Notes under the pieces: generated by a model
The model's database searches: none
Seen by the model: only the letters and a program-made list of their open reading frames with translations
What the model was told of the DNA's origin: nothing
Translations under genes and position numbers: made by a program
Part shown: positions 1 to 10,070 of the stretch, in pieces
Layout of the letters: the number at the start of each line of letters is the position of its first letter
Numbering within the stretch: position 1 is the first letter of the stretch
Virus record (IMG/VR): IMGVR_UViG_2924193448_000006
Length of the DNA: 64,000 nucleotides
Reading direction: 5' to 3' (one strand)
Source: a virus

Positions 1-591
1 CTGCTTGAGCTCGCCCGCCACCTGCTTCGGCTCGGCGCTCATGTCGATGAGGCGCTGAACCTGTTCAAGAGCCCCGTCGTAAACGGCCTTCTGGCGCGTG
101 TACTCGTTCGGGTTCTGCATCGCCAAAGTGCGCGATGGCTCCGGTGGTAGCTGCTGGATCAGGAATTCTGCGATGGCGTTCGCCGTGGAGGCGACGCGGG
201 TGGTCATGGCCTCAAGAGATCCGCGCTTGTTGCCGAGCTCCTGAGTTTTCCGGCGGTAGTCACTCTCCCGCAAATAACCCTGCTTCAGCTCCTCGAGAGG
301 AACCTGCTCACCGCCTTTCAGGGTAATGATGGTGTCCTGGGCTTCGTTGGTCTCCGCGCCCTCTTCTTCGGGTTCGGCAGACTCGTCGCTTTCGGCTGCG
401 GGATCGTCGGTCTCTTGGCCATCTTCAGAGGCCTCATCCGTCGCATTCGTCGATTGCTGCTCTTCCTCTTCCGGCTCGTTGGTCTCGGAGGACTCGGCAA
501 AGTCGAGGTTCACAGCGTCATCAAAGCTGAGTGCGGGGCGACCGCTATCACTCTCCCCCACGAAAGGGGAGTTGGTGGCTGCGTCTGTCAT
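1..591 (-). CDS. Phage scaffolding protein (runs off window start)
   Basis: Hand translation from ATG 591: MTDAATNSPFVGESD..., acidic N-half, then GYLRESDYRRKTQEL motif typical of podoviral scaffolds; follows portal. Confidence 0.7.
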   Translation of the reverse strand, partial: MTDAATNSPFVGESDSGRPALSFDDAVNLDFAESSETNEPEEEEQQSTNATDEASEDGQETDDPAAESDESAEPEEEGAETNEAQDTIITLKGGEQVPLEELKQGYLRESDYRRKTQELGNKRGSLEAMTTRVASTANAIAEFLIQQLPPEPSRTLAMQNPNEYTRQKAVYDGALEQVQRLIDMSAEPKQVAGELKQ

Positions 592-624
592 GTCTGGCTT
601 TGCCTTTTAGGTTTGGCCGCGGCC

Positions 625-864
625 CTATGCCGGGGCGCCCTTCCCATCGGCAGAGGATTGTCCCTCGGCGAGGAACTTGATCTTGCCTTTGAGATTTCGG
701 ATTGCCCGCACTTCGGCCGCAAAGGCGGCGCGGGCATCATGATCTGTATCCTTGGCGTTGACGCAGCCGTTGACGGCGGCCGCTTCGAGCTCTTCCATGA
801 GCAGGTGAAACAGCGGCATGTCGATGAGCACGCGGGCGGCGGCGGTCTTGTCTTCCTGCCGCAT
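625..864 (-). CDS. Small conserved phage protein between portal and scaffold
   Basis: 79-aa ORF coupled to portal stop; position typical. Confidence 0.6.
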   Translation of the reverse strand: MRQEDKTAAARVLIDMPLFHLLMEELEAAAVNGCVNAKDTDHDARAAFAAEVRAIRNLKGKIKFLAEGQSSADGKGAPA

Positions 865-2919
865 CAGCCCGGATCCCCGCCAATGTTCACGCTCGCTACC
901 GGTTCACGCGTCAGCATCTGCATGGCGTTGGTCTGGCGCTTGAGCTGTATCTCCTGCTCGATCTGGTAGCGCTTCAGGGCCATTTCCTGCTGAATGCGCT
1001 GGGTTTCGAGTTGCGCTTCCTGCTGCATCTTCTCGCGCTGGAGCTGGGCGTCGAGCTGGGCCTTCTGCTGGTCGGCCTGAGCCTTGATCTTGACCTTCTC
1101 CATCTCGGGATCGGGCTTGCTCGCCTGCGCCTTCTGCAGTTGGTCGATCTGCTCCGGCGTCGGCTTGGTGAAGTAGAGGTCCGGAGTGCGAAGGCCGGCG
1201 GCTTCGACACCGCGCGATACCGAATTCCAGATGTTCTCCGCCGAGACATACGGGTTGTTGACCGGCCCGTAAGCCGCGAGCAGCTTCTCCTGCTGCGCTC
1301 CGACGACCTGCATCATCATCATGTCGCGCTCACGCGTGCCGGCGCCAAGTCCGGTGTTGACGGTGCAATCCATGTCCGCATTCCACTGGCGAGGATCGAA
1401 CGTCACCCACTGGTTTCTGAGCCTCACCGTGCGCGGTTTGTCCTGGTGCTTGATCCACCAGCCGCAGGAGGCCTTGGAACACGCGCTTGAGGCCCTGTGC
1501 GAACGTGCGGACCATCAATTCCGTCTGGCCTATGCCGGCCGCCTCGATCATCGAAGAGGCCTTGGCCGTCATGTTCTGCAGTGCGTCCGGCGCCATGCCC
1601 GAGGAAGCGTCGGAAATGCCGGTCCGGTCGGTTGCTTCCTGATCGAGATAGGAGAGCATGCCGAAAGACTGCTCAGCAACGAAAGGCACGGTGTTGTAGC
1701 CGACCGCCCCGCGGACATCGATGCCCTGATTTACCCGGATCGGCTGCCCGAACTTCGGATTAAGCACCGCTTCCGGGTTGGCAATCGTGCCCTCTTGGAC
1801 GATGGGCTGCTGATTGTTCTGCCAATAGAGGTTATCCAGCGTCTGGCGCATCAGCACGGTCTTGACGCGCTGGATCTCCGCCATGTCGTCGGTGACCGAA
1901 TTGCCTTCGCGCTGATGCGGCCGGCGTTCGGTGATCAGATCGGCGAAGGGGACTTCATCCCATTCCTCATCCTCGAGGAGGTTGACCTCTGCCAGGCCGC
2001 CGGCAAAGACCATGCGGCGCAGTTCGGCAATGCCGTCGTCATCCGCATCGATCTTCACATAGAGCTCGTAGTAATCGACCTCCTGCAGCGCCTTGACGAT
2101 CGAATCGTTCTCGTCGAAGGCATCGCGCCTACGGGTGAATTCCTCTTCCTCCTCCTCGATATCCGAGCCCGAGGCCGGGAAGCTGTCGACCTTCTCCCGG
2201 TCATAGCCCATCTCGACCAGATCGGAGCGGCGCAGGCGCGTCTTCATGCCCGTTATCGGACTGTCGTCGATCGAGATAGCATCCGGGTGGATGAGGAATT
2301 CTTCGAGCGGGACCGCGGCGAGCTTCGTGCAGCCATATTCGGAGACGCGCCGGATCTTCACATTGTAGAGCGTGACCGGCTGCGGCCCCTGCGGCGTGTC
2401 GATCTGCTCTTCGTATTGCTCCTGCTCCAACACCTCGACGTCGTCGGCGACGAGCTGAACTAGCGCCTGCTCGTCAAGGCCGGTATGCTTGGAGACCTGA
2501 ACCTTCCGCTTCTTGTCGTACCACCAGCGAATGATGCCATTGCGGAGCTTCAGCGCGTCGTGCGCTGCATCCTGCACAGCGTCATAACCATCGCTTTCGG
2601 GGAAGACGACAAAGTTGACGTAATCCGTTGCCTGTTCTGCCGCGGCCTCGTCGCCTTCGTTGACCGGCTGGTATTCGACGACCTTGTCGTTTCCGAGAAT
2701 GGTGCGAATGACGGACGGCAGCACCTTCTTGATGGCGGAGCGGACATCGCGGGAGACCACCTTCGACCGATTGGCATCGGCCGGCGTGTCCTTCATGACG
2801 CCGTCGTAATATTCCATCGCCTTGATGCGGTCGACGGAGAGCTCGTCCCGGTAGTTCTCGCAATCCTTGACGAGCTGCGAGACCTGGGCAGCAATTTGCG
2901 CGGTGTCCATCGCAGCCAC
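864..2919 (-). pseudogene. Phage portal protein, split by a +1 frameshift near 1457
   Basis: ORF 1330..2922 and ORF 864..1427 join into one portal (LLRLVIKHQDKPRTVRLRNQW) if one G of GTGGATC is removed; could be a sequencing error. Confidence 0.8.
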
Positions 2920-4424
2920 CAAACAACCTTCCGATCAGTGAATTTCCAAGAGCCTCCAGTGACCGGCGGCACGTAGCCATCGGTAAACGTCATGAAGGCG
3001 TCAGCGCCGTGGCTGTGTTCGTCATGCCGTGGGTGGCTGCGCCAGACGGCCAGCTTCTCGTCCCAATCGCGGCTGTAGTTTTCGAGGTGCAGGATACCGG
3101 CAGAGCATGCCGCTTCGTCGAATACGCAACCCGGCAGCTTCATGCGGACGCCGTGAATGGCGTTGACCTTGTCGGGGTTGCGCTGGACCGTCTTGAACAC
3201 AAAGCCCAGATCGGCCGACATGGTTTTGATGGTCTCTGCGTGCCCCGAGGTTTTCGTCTGGCGGCGATGGTCGATGTCATGGGGTCCGTGGTGCACGCCC
3301 CATCTCGCGCCTCTCTGCGCCGCCCATTTGTCGAGCCAGGTGAAATAGTGGCCGAGGCCCATCCCACTGTCTTCGAAGTAGCCAACGAAGCGATGCTCGC
3401 CGGCAACCTCCTGATGCAGCCAAATCGTCTGAGTGTCTCCGAGGCCGAAGTCCCAGAAGGTGTTGACGACGATGTTCGGAACGTATGGGAAGACGCCAAT
3501 GCGACCGCGCTGCCTTAGCGCACGCATCTCCTTGCCGAAATACGCTCCCTCCTTCGCCGCCTGAAACGCCTCGTCTGGTGTCGAAGGGAATTCCTTCCAC
3601 ATATCATCGCCCTGCTCGGCTCTCTTGGACACGTACCACCACTTCTGAGGTTCGGTGAGCTGGATGCCGTGCTCCGCCTCCAGCCCGGCGAAGTAGGCCT
3701 GATCCTCAGATGTGAGGAGAACAGGCTGATCAAGCTGGTAGGTGGCGTCCTGCCACCATGCGAAAAAATGGAACCGGTATTCCATGTCACCGGGATTGCG
3801 ACCGCTGTCGAGGATTCGGCGAGCCGCCTGTGTTTTCTCGTAGAAGTCGCCACCGCGCCCCTCTGCTGTGCTCTCGATAAAGCCAAGCTGCCGGGCCGCC
3901 AGAGTGTTCAGCGAACCGGACTTGATTTCCTTCGCCTTGTCTGGCGCCTTCGCGCAGATCTTCCCGTATTCGGAGATGTGCAGGAAGTTCTTCGTTCCTG
4001 ATCGCAGCGAGACGCCGACCTCGACGCTTGAGCCGTTGCTGAATTCGATCTCGCCCTTGTTGTCGGCCGATATCTCGACCACCCGCCGGATCTCATCCGG
4101 CAGCCGCTCATAGGCGAACTTGATGCGCTTCAGCAGGTTTTCGGCATTCTTCTTCGTGTCAGCGACGAGGCCGGCCGCGAAGTTGGAATTGAAGATGCAG
4201 CAGTCCAGCGCCAGGATCAGAATGAACGTGCTGAACCCCATCTGCCGCGCCTTCAGCACGATATTCAGGTAATGCAGGTCTTCGAGCAGCTTCTCCTGCG
4301 CCAGGTTCATATTGAACCGCACAACGTTGCCGTGCTTGTCCTCGATGAAATACAGGTTCTGCAGCCGCCAGCGCCGGTCAGCCCAGAGCTCGACGACCTC
4401 GTCACTTAGAGCGGGTTCGCCCAT
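2793..4424 (-). CDS. terL: Terminase large subunit
   Basis: LKARQMGFST Walker A, LHISEYG Walker B, C-terminal HGADAF nuclease motif; last ~43 codons look like read-through into the portal gene. Confidence 0.9.
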   Translation of the reverse strand: MGEPALSDEVVELWADRRWRLQNLYFIEDKHGNVVRFNMNLAQEKLLEDLHYLNIVLKARQMGFSTFILILALDCCIFNSNFAAGLVADTKKNAENLLKRIKFAYERLPDEIRRVVEISADNKGEIEFSNGSSVEVGVSLRSGTKNFLHISEYGKICAKAPDKAKEIKSGSLNTLAARQLGFIESTAEGRGGDFYEKTQAARRILDSGRNPGDMEYRFHFFAWWQDATYQLDQPVLLTSEDQAYFAGLEAEHGIQLTEPQKWWYVSKRAEQGDDMWKEFPSTPDEAFQAAKEGAYFGKEMRALRQRGRIGVFPYVPNIVVNTFWDFGLGDTQTIWLHQEVAGEHRFVGYFEDSGMGLGHYFTWLDKWAAQRGARWGVHHGPHDIDHRRQTKTSGHAETIKTMSADLGFVFKTVQRNPDKVNAIHGVRMKLPGCVFDEAACSAGILHLENYSRDWDEKLAVWRSHPRHDEHSHGADAFMTFTDGYVPPVTGGSWKFTDRKVVWWLRWTPRKLLPRSRSSSRIARTTGTSSPSTASRRWNITTAS

Positions 4425-4860
4425 CGATCGCCTTCATCAGAGCCATGACACTGTCGCCAGCTTCAACGGTCGTCTTCTGCTCCACATCCAGCTTGTCGCC
4501 GTATTTCTTCGGCCGCATCTTGGCCGCAACCCATTTCCGCGTCTCGATCTGCAGGCGCCGGTGCTCGGTCATGTCGAAGGTGGTTTCCTCAACCTTCCCG
4601 TCCGATGTCTTCTTCGTTTTCTTGCCGATCTTGGGCGTGTCGGCGAGCTCGATCATCTCGTCGACGAGAAGGTCAGCCTGGGCCTCGCGCGCACGCGCGT
4701 ACTGGTCGGAGAACTCGCTGTTTTGAGCCAGCCACTTAAACACCGTGGACTTGTTAGGCATCGCCTTGTTGCGGCAAATCGCGCGAAGGCTCATGCCATT
4801 TGCCAAGCGCTCGCAGATGGCGTCTGCCTTTGCTTGGGTGAATGTCGTTGGTCTACCCAT
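4402..4860 (-). CDS. terS: Terminase small subunit (Sf6-like)
   Basis: MGRPTTFT...ICERLANGMSLRAIC...TVFKWL...YARARE pattern; overlaps terL start. Confidence 0.85.
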   Translation of the reverse strand: MGRPTTFTQAKADAICERLANGMSLRAICRNKAMPNKSTVFKWLAQNSEFSDQYARAREAQADLLVDEMIELADTPKIGKKTKKTSDGKVEETTFDMTEHRRLQIETRKWVAAKMRPKKYGDKLDVEQKTTVEAGDSVMALMKAIDGRTRSK

Positions 4861-5095
4861 TGAAGGGGCTGCCGTCCGCATTCGGGACCGGGAAGATTCT
4901 GCTGCTCATCGTCCCGAGCCTAGCGTCTCTCAATGCGAGAACATCTTCTGCCCTCACGCCGACATTCATGTAAGTCCTGACCATCTCCTCAATGTGAGCC
5001 ATATTCAGCTCAGAGCGGCGCATGCGAAGCCTGTGCTTCTGAAGCGCGATGGTGGCTTCGCGCAGCTCGTCGATCTCTTGGACGCTGTATTTCAT
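4853..5095 (-). CDS. Hypothetical phage protein
   Basis: ATG 5095, 80 aa, overlaps terS start. Confidence 0.5.
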   Translation of the reverse strand: MKYSVQEIDELREATIALQKHRLRMRRSELNMAHIEEMVRTYMNVGVRAEDVLALRDARLGTMSSRIFPVPNADGSPFNG

Positions 5096-5116
5096 CTCGC
5101 ACCTGCTGGGTTTCCG

Positions 5117-5186
5117 TGTACGTACAAAAATAATTTCCGTACGTACATTATTTCCTTGCGCGGCTCGCACATTTATCGTACGTACA
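5117..5186. promoter_or_regulatory. Three GTACGTAC palindromes upstream of brnT (candidate antitoxin operators)
   Basis: GTACGTAC at 5118, 5139 and 5178. Confidence 0.5.
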
Positions 5187-5190
5187 ATTT

Positions 5191-5436
5191 ATGAAGATCA
5201 TCTGGGACGAAACGAAGCGCATCGCCAATATCGAGAAGCACGGCCTCGACTTCGCCGACCTGTCTCTCGATTTCTTCCTTGCCTCTCTCGTCGTCCCGGC
5301 GAAGAATGGTCGGTCAAAAGCTATCGTCCGCCTTGAGGACGGGACAATCGTCGTGATCTTCGTCACCCTTGGCTCTGAGGCGCTGTCGGTCATATCGATG
5401 CGCCCGGCCCGAAAAGATGAAAGGAGCCTGCTCTGA
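5191..5436 (+). CDS. brnT: BrnT family toxin
   Basis: WDETKRIANIEKHGLDFAD and ISMRPARKDER motifs. Confidence 0.9.
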   Translation: MKIIWDETKRIANIEKHGLDFADLSLDFFLASLVVPAKNGRSKAIVRLEDGTIVVIFVTLGSEALSVISMRPARKDERSLL

Positions 5437-5759
5437 TGGCTATCACGTACAAGCGCCTGGAAGAGTTCCAGCCTGGCCGCGGCTACAGCAAAGAGGACTG
5501 GGACGCCGTGTCAGACAACCCGCCTCTGACTGAGGAAGAGATGAAGCAGGCGCGCCCATTCAAAGAAGTCTTCCCCGACATCGCGGAGGAGATTGAGAAG
5601 GCCGTCCGTGGGCGACCAAAGGCCGACCTGACCAAGACGCCGGTTACGATCCGTCTCGACCCCGACATTGTCGATCATTACAAGGCGACCGGCAAAGGCT
5701 GGCAGAGCCGAATGAATGACGACCTTAGAAAGGCCGCCGGGTTGAAGAAGGCTAGTTGA
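5436..5759 (+). CDS. brnA: BrnA family antitoxin
   Basis: RGRPK...KTPVTIRLDPDIVDHYKATGKGWQSRMN C-terminal RHH; coupled to toxin stop. Confidence 0.9.
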   Translation: MAITYKRLEEFQPGRGYSKEDWDAVSDNPPLTEEEMKQARPFKEVFPDIAEEIEKAVRGRPKADLTKTPVTIRLDPDIVDHYKATGKGWQSRMNDDLRKAAGLKKAS

Positions 5760-5902
5760 AGCCCGACTTGCCCACTTGAACGCCGTATGATGAGGGTGTG
5801 ACGACCCCGGAGCGGCGGCGTTGGCTTCTACAGCCACGAGTGCAGGCCTTGTTCCTCGCGTCGGTTGTCGAGGTGAGGAGTACCCCGCTCCTGCATGAAA
5901 CT

Positions 5903-6067
5903 TTATTCGGTCGGCGCGGCTCGCTTGAAGAACAGCACCCACTCATACGTGCTGCGCTCGATTACCTGGAGGAGCGCATACCCTTCTGCTGCCTTCTCGT
6001 TGATGAGGGCTTGCATGCAGGGGAAGCCGAGAGGGCCGGAGTCGTAGGGGAGGACGAGGTAGGGCAT
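5903..6067 (-). CDS. Small hypothetical protein (54 aa, DUF4177-like pattern)
   Basis: MPYLVLPYDSGP...INEKAAEGYALLQVIERSTYEWVLFFKR; TGATG overlap with upstream ORF; below ORF-track cutoff. Confidence 0.45.
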   Translation of the reverse strand: MPYLVLPYDSGPLGFPCMQALINEKAAEGYALLQVIERSTYEWVLFFKRAAPTE

Positions 6068-6297
6068 CAGAAGGCCATCGAAAGGATAGTCTGCAGCATC
6101 AGGAACGCCACTCCGGTAACGCCCGTACGTGCAGTGTATTCGAGCCAGAAAGTGTACCGGTGGCTCCAGCCATCGCGGCTACCCTTGAGCATAGGCCCAT
6201 TGCGTAAATCCTCGGAGACGCAGAAAGCAACACCAACAGCAGCATTGGCGAGCACGACAAGCCATAACGGGGGCAGATAGATCGCGTCCATCCTCAT
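6067..6297 (-). CDS. Small membrane protein
   Basis: Two hydrophobic segments; upstream RBS. Confidence 0.5.
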   Translation of the reverse strand: MRMDAIYLPPLWLVVLANAAVGVAFCVSEDLRNGPMLKGSRDGWSHRYTFWLEYTARTGVTGVAFLMLQTILSMAF

Positions 6298-6885
6298 CTC
6301 CTCAAGCGAAAACCCGCCCCTGCGAACAGAGACGGGCTGTGAATGTTACCGGGCGCACCATAATCGGCCCCGAAGGGTGGCGGGCTACGTGGGGTTTCCA
6401 CCGCCGTTTAACCGACTAGCGAGAGGCTTGGCCCAAGATTGCCTACTCGCTCTGCTTGGGGCAGCCGCCCGGATCTGCTCAGGAAGTCTAGCCGACCTTA
6501 TGCAGCGTATTTCCAAGGAGGCGTCTGCTCAATGCCCTACGCGCTGCCTTCCCGATCTCGTGAGGCATTGCCTCGAATTGAACCCCACCAGCTTGTTGAC
6601 TGTCTGGCAGGGGCCGGATTGCTCCGGCTCTTTCCTCTGTTGAGGCAATTGCCTCGAATTGGTTGCGCCGCCTGCAGGACGACGACTTCGCGGGAGACGA
6701 TCCTGGCTGGATCTCAGTGGATCGCTAGGGCCGCGCGCCCCGCCACCATTTCAGATGGCAACCTATGCCGCCCTCTTCTCGCGCTGGCGGCGGCGTTTCG
6801 GAGGACTGAGCTCTGCGTTGCGAAAGCGAAGGACTCTTACATTAAGTTGTGCTAATCTTTGCGCCCATCAAGCGGGAGGGCAGAA

Positions 6886-7488
6886 ATGATGGATACCGAC
6901 AAACAAAGAAACGAGCAGGACGATTCCATCAACGTGATCGGAGATCAAAAGCCTGGTGACGTACCTTACCCAGATCCGTACTGGAGTACTCCCGCTCAAT
7001 CGGCGTATTTCCAGGTTGTGAAAAGCATCACCGAGAACGGTGTTGTGAAGTCATTCCAAGGCGCAGAGGAAACATACACATTAGAAAAATGCCGAGATCA
7101 ACGAGTAGTTAGCCTTCCCAAATATTGGGACACGCCAATGCGTAAAGTTGATCAATGGCAATTCACGGCGGTCAGAACGGTAGATGCGGTTGGGCAAGAC
7201 CGATCCATCGTATCAATTAGTGGAAGGGCGCTGAACACCTGGAATATATTTCGTCCGCGCGACGGCGTTTTAATGTCTAGAAATGGCTTCAGCATTGACT
7301 TTTCAGTCAGCCACCAAGTGCTACACACTGTTGTTACGGGCCGAAATTTCACGGGAAACCTGAATCGCTGCGCAGCAACCGCCGACACGATAACGATTAT
7401 ACCGTTTGACATTCCAAACAATGTATTTGAGGCCTTCGACTCAGTTACGATTCGAGGTCATGCTGAGATGTATTACGGCTGCCCCTAG
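6886..7488 (+). CDS. Hypothetical protein (moron, beta-rich)
   Basis: GGGAGGG RBS before ATG 6886; AT-richer than flanks; opposite strand to phage operon. Confidence 0.65.
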   Translation: MMDTDKQRNEQDDSINVIGDQKPGDVPYPDPYWSTPAQSAYFQVVKSITENGVVKSFQGAEETYTLEKCRDQRVVSLPKYWDTPMRKVDQWQFTAVRTVDAVGQDRSIVSISGRALNTWNIFRPRDGVLMSRNGFSIDFSVSHQVLHTVVTGRNFTGNLNRCAATADTITIIPFDIPNNVFEAFDSVTIRGHAEMYYGCP

Positions 7489-7571
7489 GCCCGTCTTCGA
7501 TGCCGCCTCGGCTTCGACATTCTGCCAAATCACCACGGTATTCATTTCTTTTCTTAGGAAGGGGGTCCACT

Positions 7572-8081
7572 ATGATAAAGTTGACTAGATCCAACGGAAA
7601 TTCATTTGATCTCGACTGTACGACGGTTCTGCGCATCAGAAAAACCGTAGCGGATTGGGACAACGACCTCGGTAATACCCTAGTCAATGCAAGCCAAAAC
7701 TTCTTCGTTATGGAGGAAGCATCCGCGGTCGCCGACTTGGTGAGAAGCGAACTGCCTAGTCTTTCTTTGCTCACCCAACCGGGCGGCTCTCCCATCTGGA
7801 TCGACGCTCATTCGGCAAAGGGCCCGATGCCGGTTGCGCCGAGCCATCTGACAGACGGCATCAACTCCGCGCTCGATGTAGGCGGCAAGCGACAGTACGT
7901 CCACGAAACTCACCAACAGGTCAGGGACTTCATTCAAGCCGCCAATGGTGACGTGCAACCCATCCCTGATGACACCTTCTGGACCCAATCTACTGACGTC
8001 ATCGAACAAATTTTGGGCGGCGTTGAGGACTGGGATCCAGACCGAGGTGTGGAGCAGCCCACAACTGCCCCTCGGAGCTAG
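7572..8081 (+). CDS. Hypothetical protein with two tandem FlbD-like repeats
   Basis: MIKLTRSNGNSFDLD...FFVMEEASAVADLV and LSLLTQPGGSPIWID...QYVHETHQQVRDFI. Confidence 0.55.
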   Translation: MIKLTRSNGNSFDLDCTTVLRIRKTVADWDNDLGNTLVNASQNFFVMEEASAVADLVRSELPSLSLLTQPGGSPIWIDAHSAKGPMPVAPSHLTDGINSALDVGGKRQYVHETHQQVRDFIQAANGDVQPIPDDTFWTQSTDVIEQILGGVEDWDPDRGVEQPTTAPRS

Positions 8082-8162
8082 GGCAGGTTAGATCGAGCCT
8101 CGCGGGAACGCCGCGCTACATTTTGCGCCGCCTCGTGCGGGCGGTATTGCTGGCGCCTGGTT

Positions 8163-8777
8163 TTACGTCCGCCTCAAGTCGGGCTTTCCATCAGGCGCCA
8201 TCCACGCGTGCAAACCCGATGTTATTGATTTGCCCCCGTGTTCTGGCTCGATTTGGGCCATGAGTAAATGGGCTCGATCATGCAAGAAGGATGCGCCCTT
8301 GGCGGTTTTCGCAGCAATTTCCTGCAATGACTGCACAATCCATCGCTGAACCGTTCGTTTAACCCATGCTTTTTTCGCGGGGTTCCGACGGTTGCGGTTG
8401 CCCAAATAGCGCTCCCACTGCCAGCCACGGGCCTTCACCTCGGCATAGGCCAGCAGCACTTTGCGGCGATCCTCATCTGAGATGTGGGCGATCACCCATC
8501 CAAAGGCCTCTTCCATTTCCGTGATGCGTTCTCGGGTGCAGCAAGCTCGGCGCTCTGTCTCTAGTCGCTTTGCCTTCTTCCTCTCGTTCCAGCGCTTGCC
8601 GCCTGTTTCAGTCAGGTCTTCCCGCTCGAGGATGTAGAGCTCCTGCTCGGTGTGCAGATAGTCGGGCATCGATGAGCCGAACGCCTTCGGCCCGACCCTC
8701 ACTGGCAAGGCAATGTCGGTCTCCATTGCTTGGATAAGTCGCTCGAGCACGATGGCTTCGCGTTCACTGATCTTCAT
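8163..8777 (-). CDS. Putative late-gene regulator / hypothetical phage protein
   Basis: ATGA-coupled to upstream ORF; last early gene before the late module (Q-like position). Confidence 0.45.
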   Translation of the reverse strand: MKISEREAIVLERLIQAMETDIALPVRVGPKAFGSSMPDYLHTEQELYILEREDLTETGGKRWNERKKAKRLETERRACCTRERITEMEEAFGWVIAHISDEDRRKVLLAYAEVKARGWQWERYLGNRNRRNPAKKAWVKRTVQRWIVQSLQEIAAKTAKGASFLHDRAHLLMAQIEPEHGGKSITSGLHAWMAPDGKPDLRRT

Positions 8778-9199
8778 GCAGCTTTGTCCTCGTCGATGAT
8801 GGCTTGCGCCAGAAGAATGGAGATGGCCGTGGCTGTTTTCGCCATGCGTCCGCTTTCGCCCATAATAAGGCGCTGAGCGCGCTGGCGAAGGTCGGCCAGA
8901 TCGACGCGTCGGAACGCCTCGATCGCAGCGGAAGACGATCCCTGTGCGAAATGCGCGCCGATAAAGCACCATGTCGCCCATACGGTGACGTCATCGAAGC
9001 AGGTCGGATTGGATGACTGAATGCAGCGGACCACCAAGCCCGCCCGATCGATGTCTTTGCGCATCAGCCGCTTGAGATAGCGACCGCCATAGACCGTGTT
9101 CGCCGGCCGAGGCGTGCGGCTTTCGTGATACGGCCTAACCTTCAAGCCGTATCCCTCGCAGAAGCGGTGAAGATTGAAACCGTTCTCGGCTCGCTTCAT
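8774..9199 (-). CDS. Hypothetical phage protein
   Basis: 141-aa ORF, coupled overlaps. Confidence 0.6.
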   Translation of the reverse strand: MKRAENGFNLHRFCEGYGLKVRPYHESRTPRPANTVYGGRYLKRLMRKDIDRAGLVVRCIQSSNPTCFDDVTVWATWCFIGAHFAQGSSSAAIEAFRRVDLADLRQRAQRLIMGESGRMAKTATAISILLAQAIIDEDKAA

Positions 9200-9270
9200 G
9201 CCCCCTCCAGATTGAAGGCAGCAGCAAGCGAAGCTATCCTTTTTTGTGAGTAGTCCGAGGGGGGCAGCCG

Positions 9271-9993
9271 ATGGGCAAAGAGTTCTTTGTTCCAGTACTT
9301 ACATTTTTGACGCTGACCTCGGTTCTGCTTCTCGCAATATTTCTGCCCGGAATTAGTGACTGGAAGCTTTGCGAGGCCGACCGCTGCACGCTTCAGGACT
9401 GGCTGTCCGCGACTGCTGGATGGGCTGGCTTTGTGGCTGCCGCTGCTGCGGCGTATTTTGTATTTCATCAATTGGAAGAACAGCGGAAGCAAACAGCATT
9501 CTTGCTTGGCGACGGGCCTGCAACTCTCGAGGTCAACGTGTTTGCAATCGACACCAAGCGAGCGGTTTTCAGGATAATCAATTGGAACCGTCGATCGTTT
9601 GCCGTGGAACGCGTGAGAATTACATGTAGCAAAGCTAGTGTTCCGGAACCGAAAGTACTTCGTTGGTACAGCCCGCGCCACGAAAAGGGGGCTAAACGCC
9701 ATGATGCGACCATTGTTTCTGGCGGATGGCTCGCGATGGTACCTGCCGCTGAGGGTTGGCTGGACAGGCAAATGTCCCCAAGTGTTTTCGAGTTCAGCCT
9801 TATTTTCGATCTCGCATCGGAAGACTTTACGGATTTGGTTGACGGCCTGCCCCTCTCCGCGACGGCGGACGTCATTATCCAAGGGATATATGAGGATGGA
9901 CGCAGCCAAAGGTCTGAGCTCCGGATCAGCGGTCCAGTGATTAACCTTCTTCCAAATTCGGCAGGGCGAGCTTTTGAAGAGCGCGCTGACTGA
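9271..9993 (+). CDS. Membrane-anchored hypothetical protein (moron)
   Basis: Two N-terminal TM segments; AT-richer; antisense to flanking operon. Confidence 0.65.
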   Translation: MGKEFFVPVLTFLTLTSVLLLAIFLPGISDWKLCEADRCTLQDWLSATAGWAGFVAAAAAAYFVFHQLEEQRKQTAFLLGDGPATLEVNVFAIDTKRAVFRIINWNRRSFAVERVRITCSKASVPEPKVLRWYSPRHEKGAKRHDATIVSGGWLAMVPAAEGWLDRQMSPSVFEFSLIFDLASEDFTDLVDGLPLSATADVIIQGIYEDGRSQRSELRISGPVINLLPNSAGRAFEERAD

Positions 9994-10070
9994 ATGCACG
10001 CCTCGGCAGTCGATCGCGTGTCTGTTCGCATGCACCTCATGAGGACGCCCGGTCAGTTGCTTACGATCTG

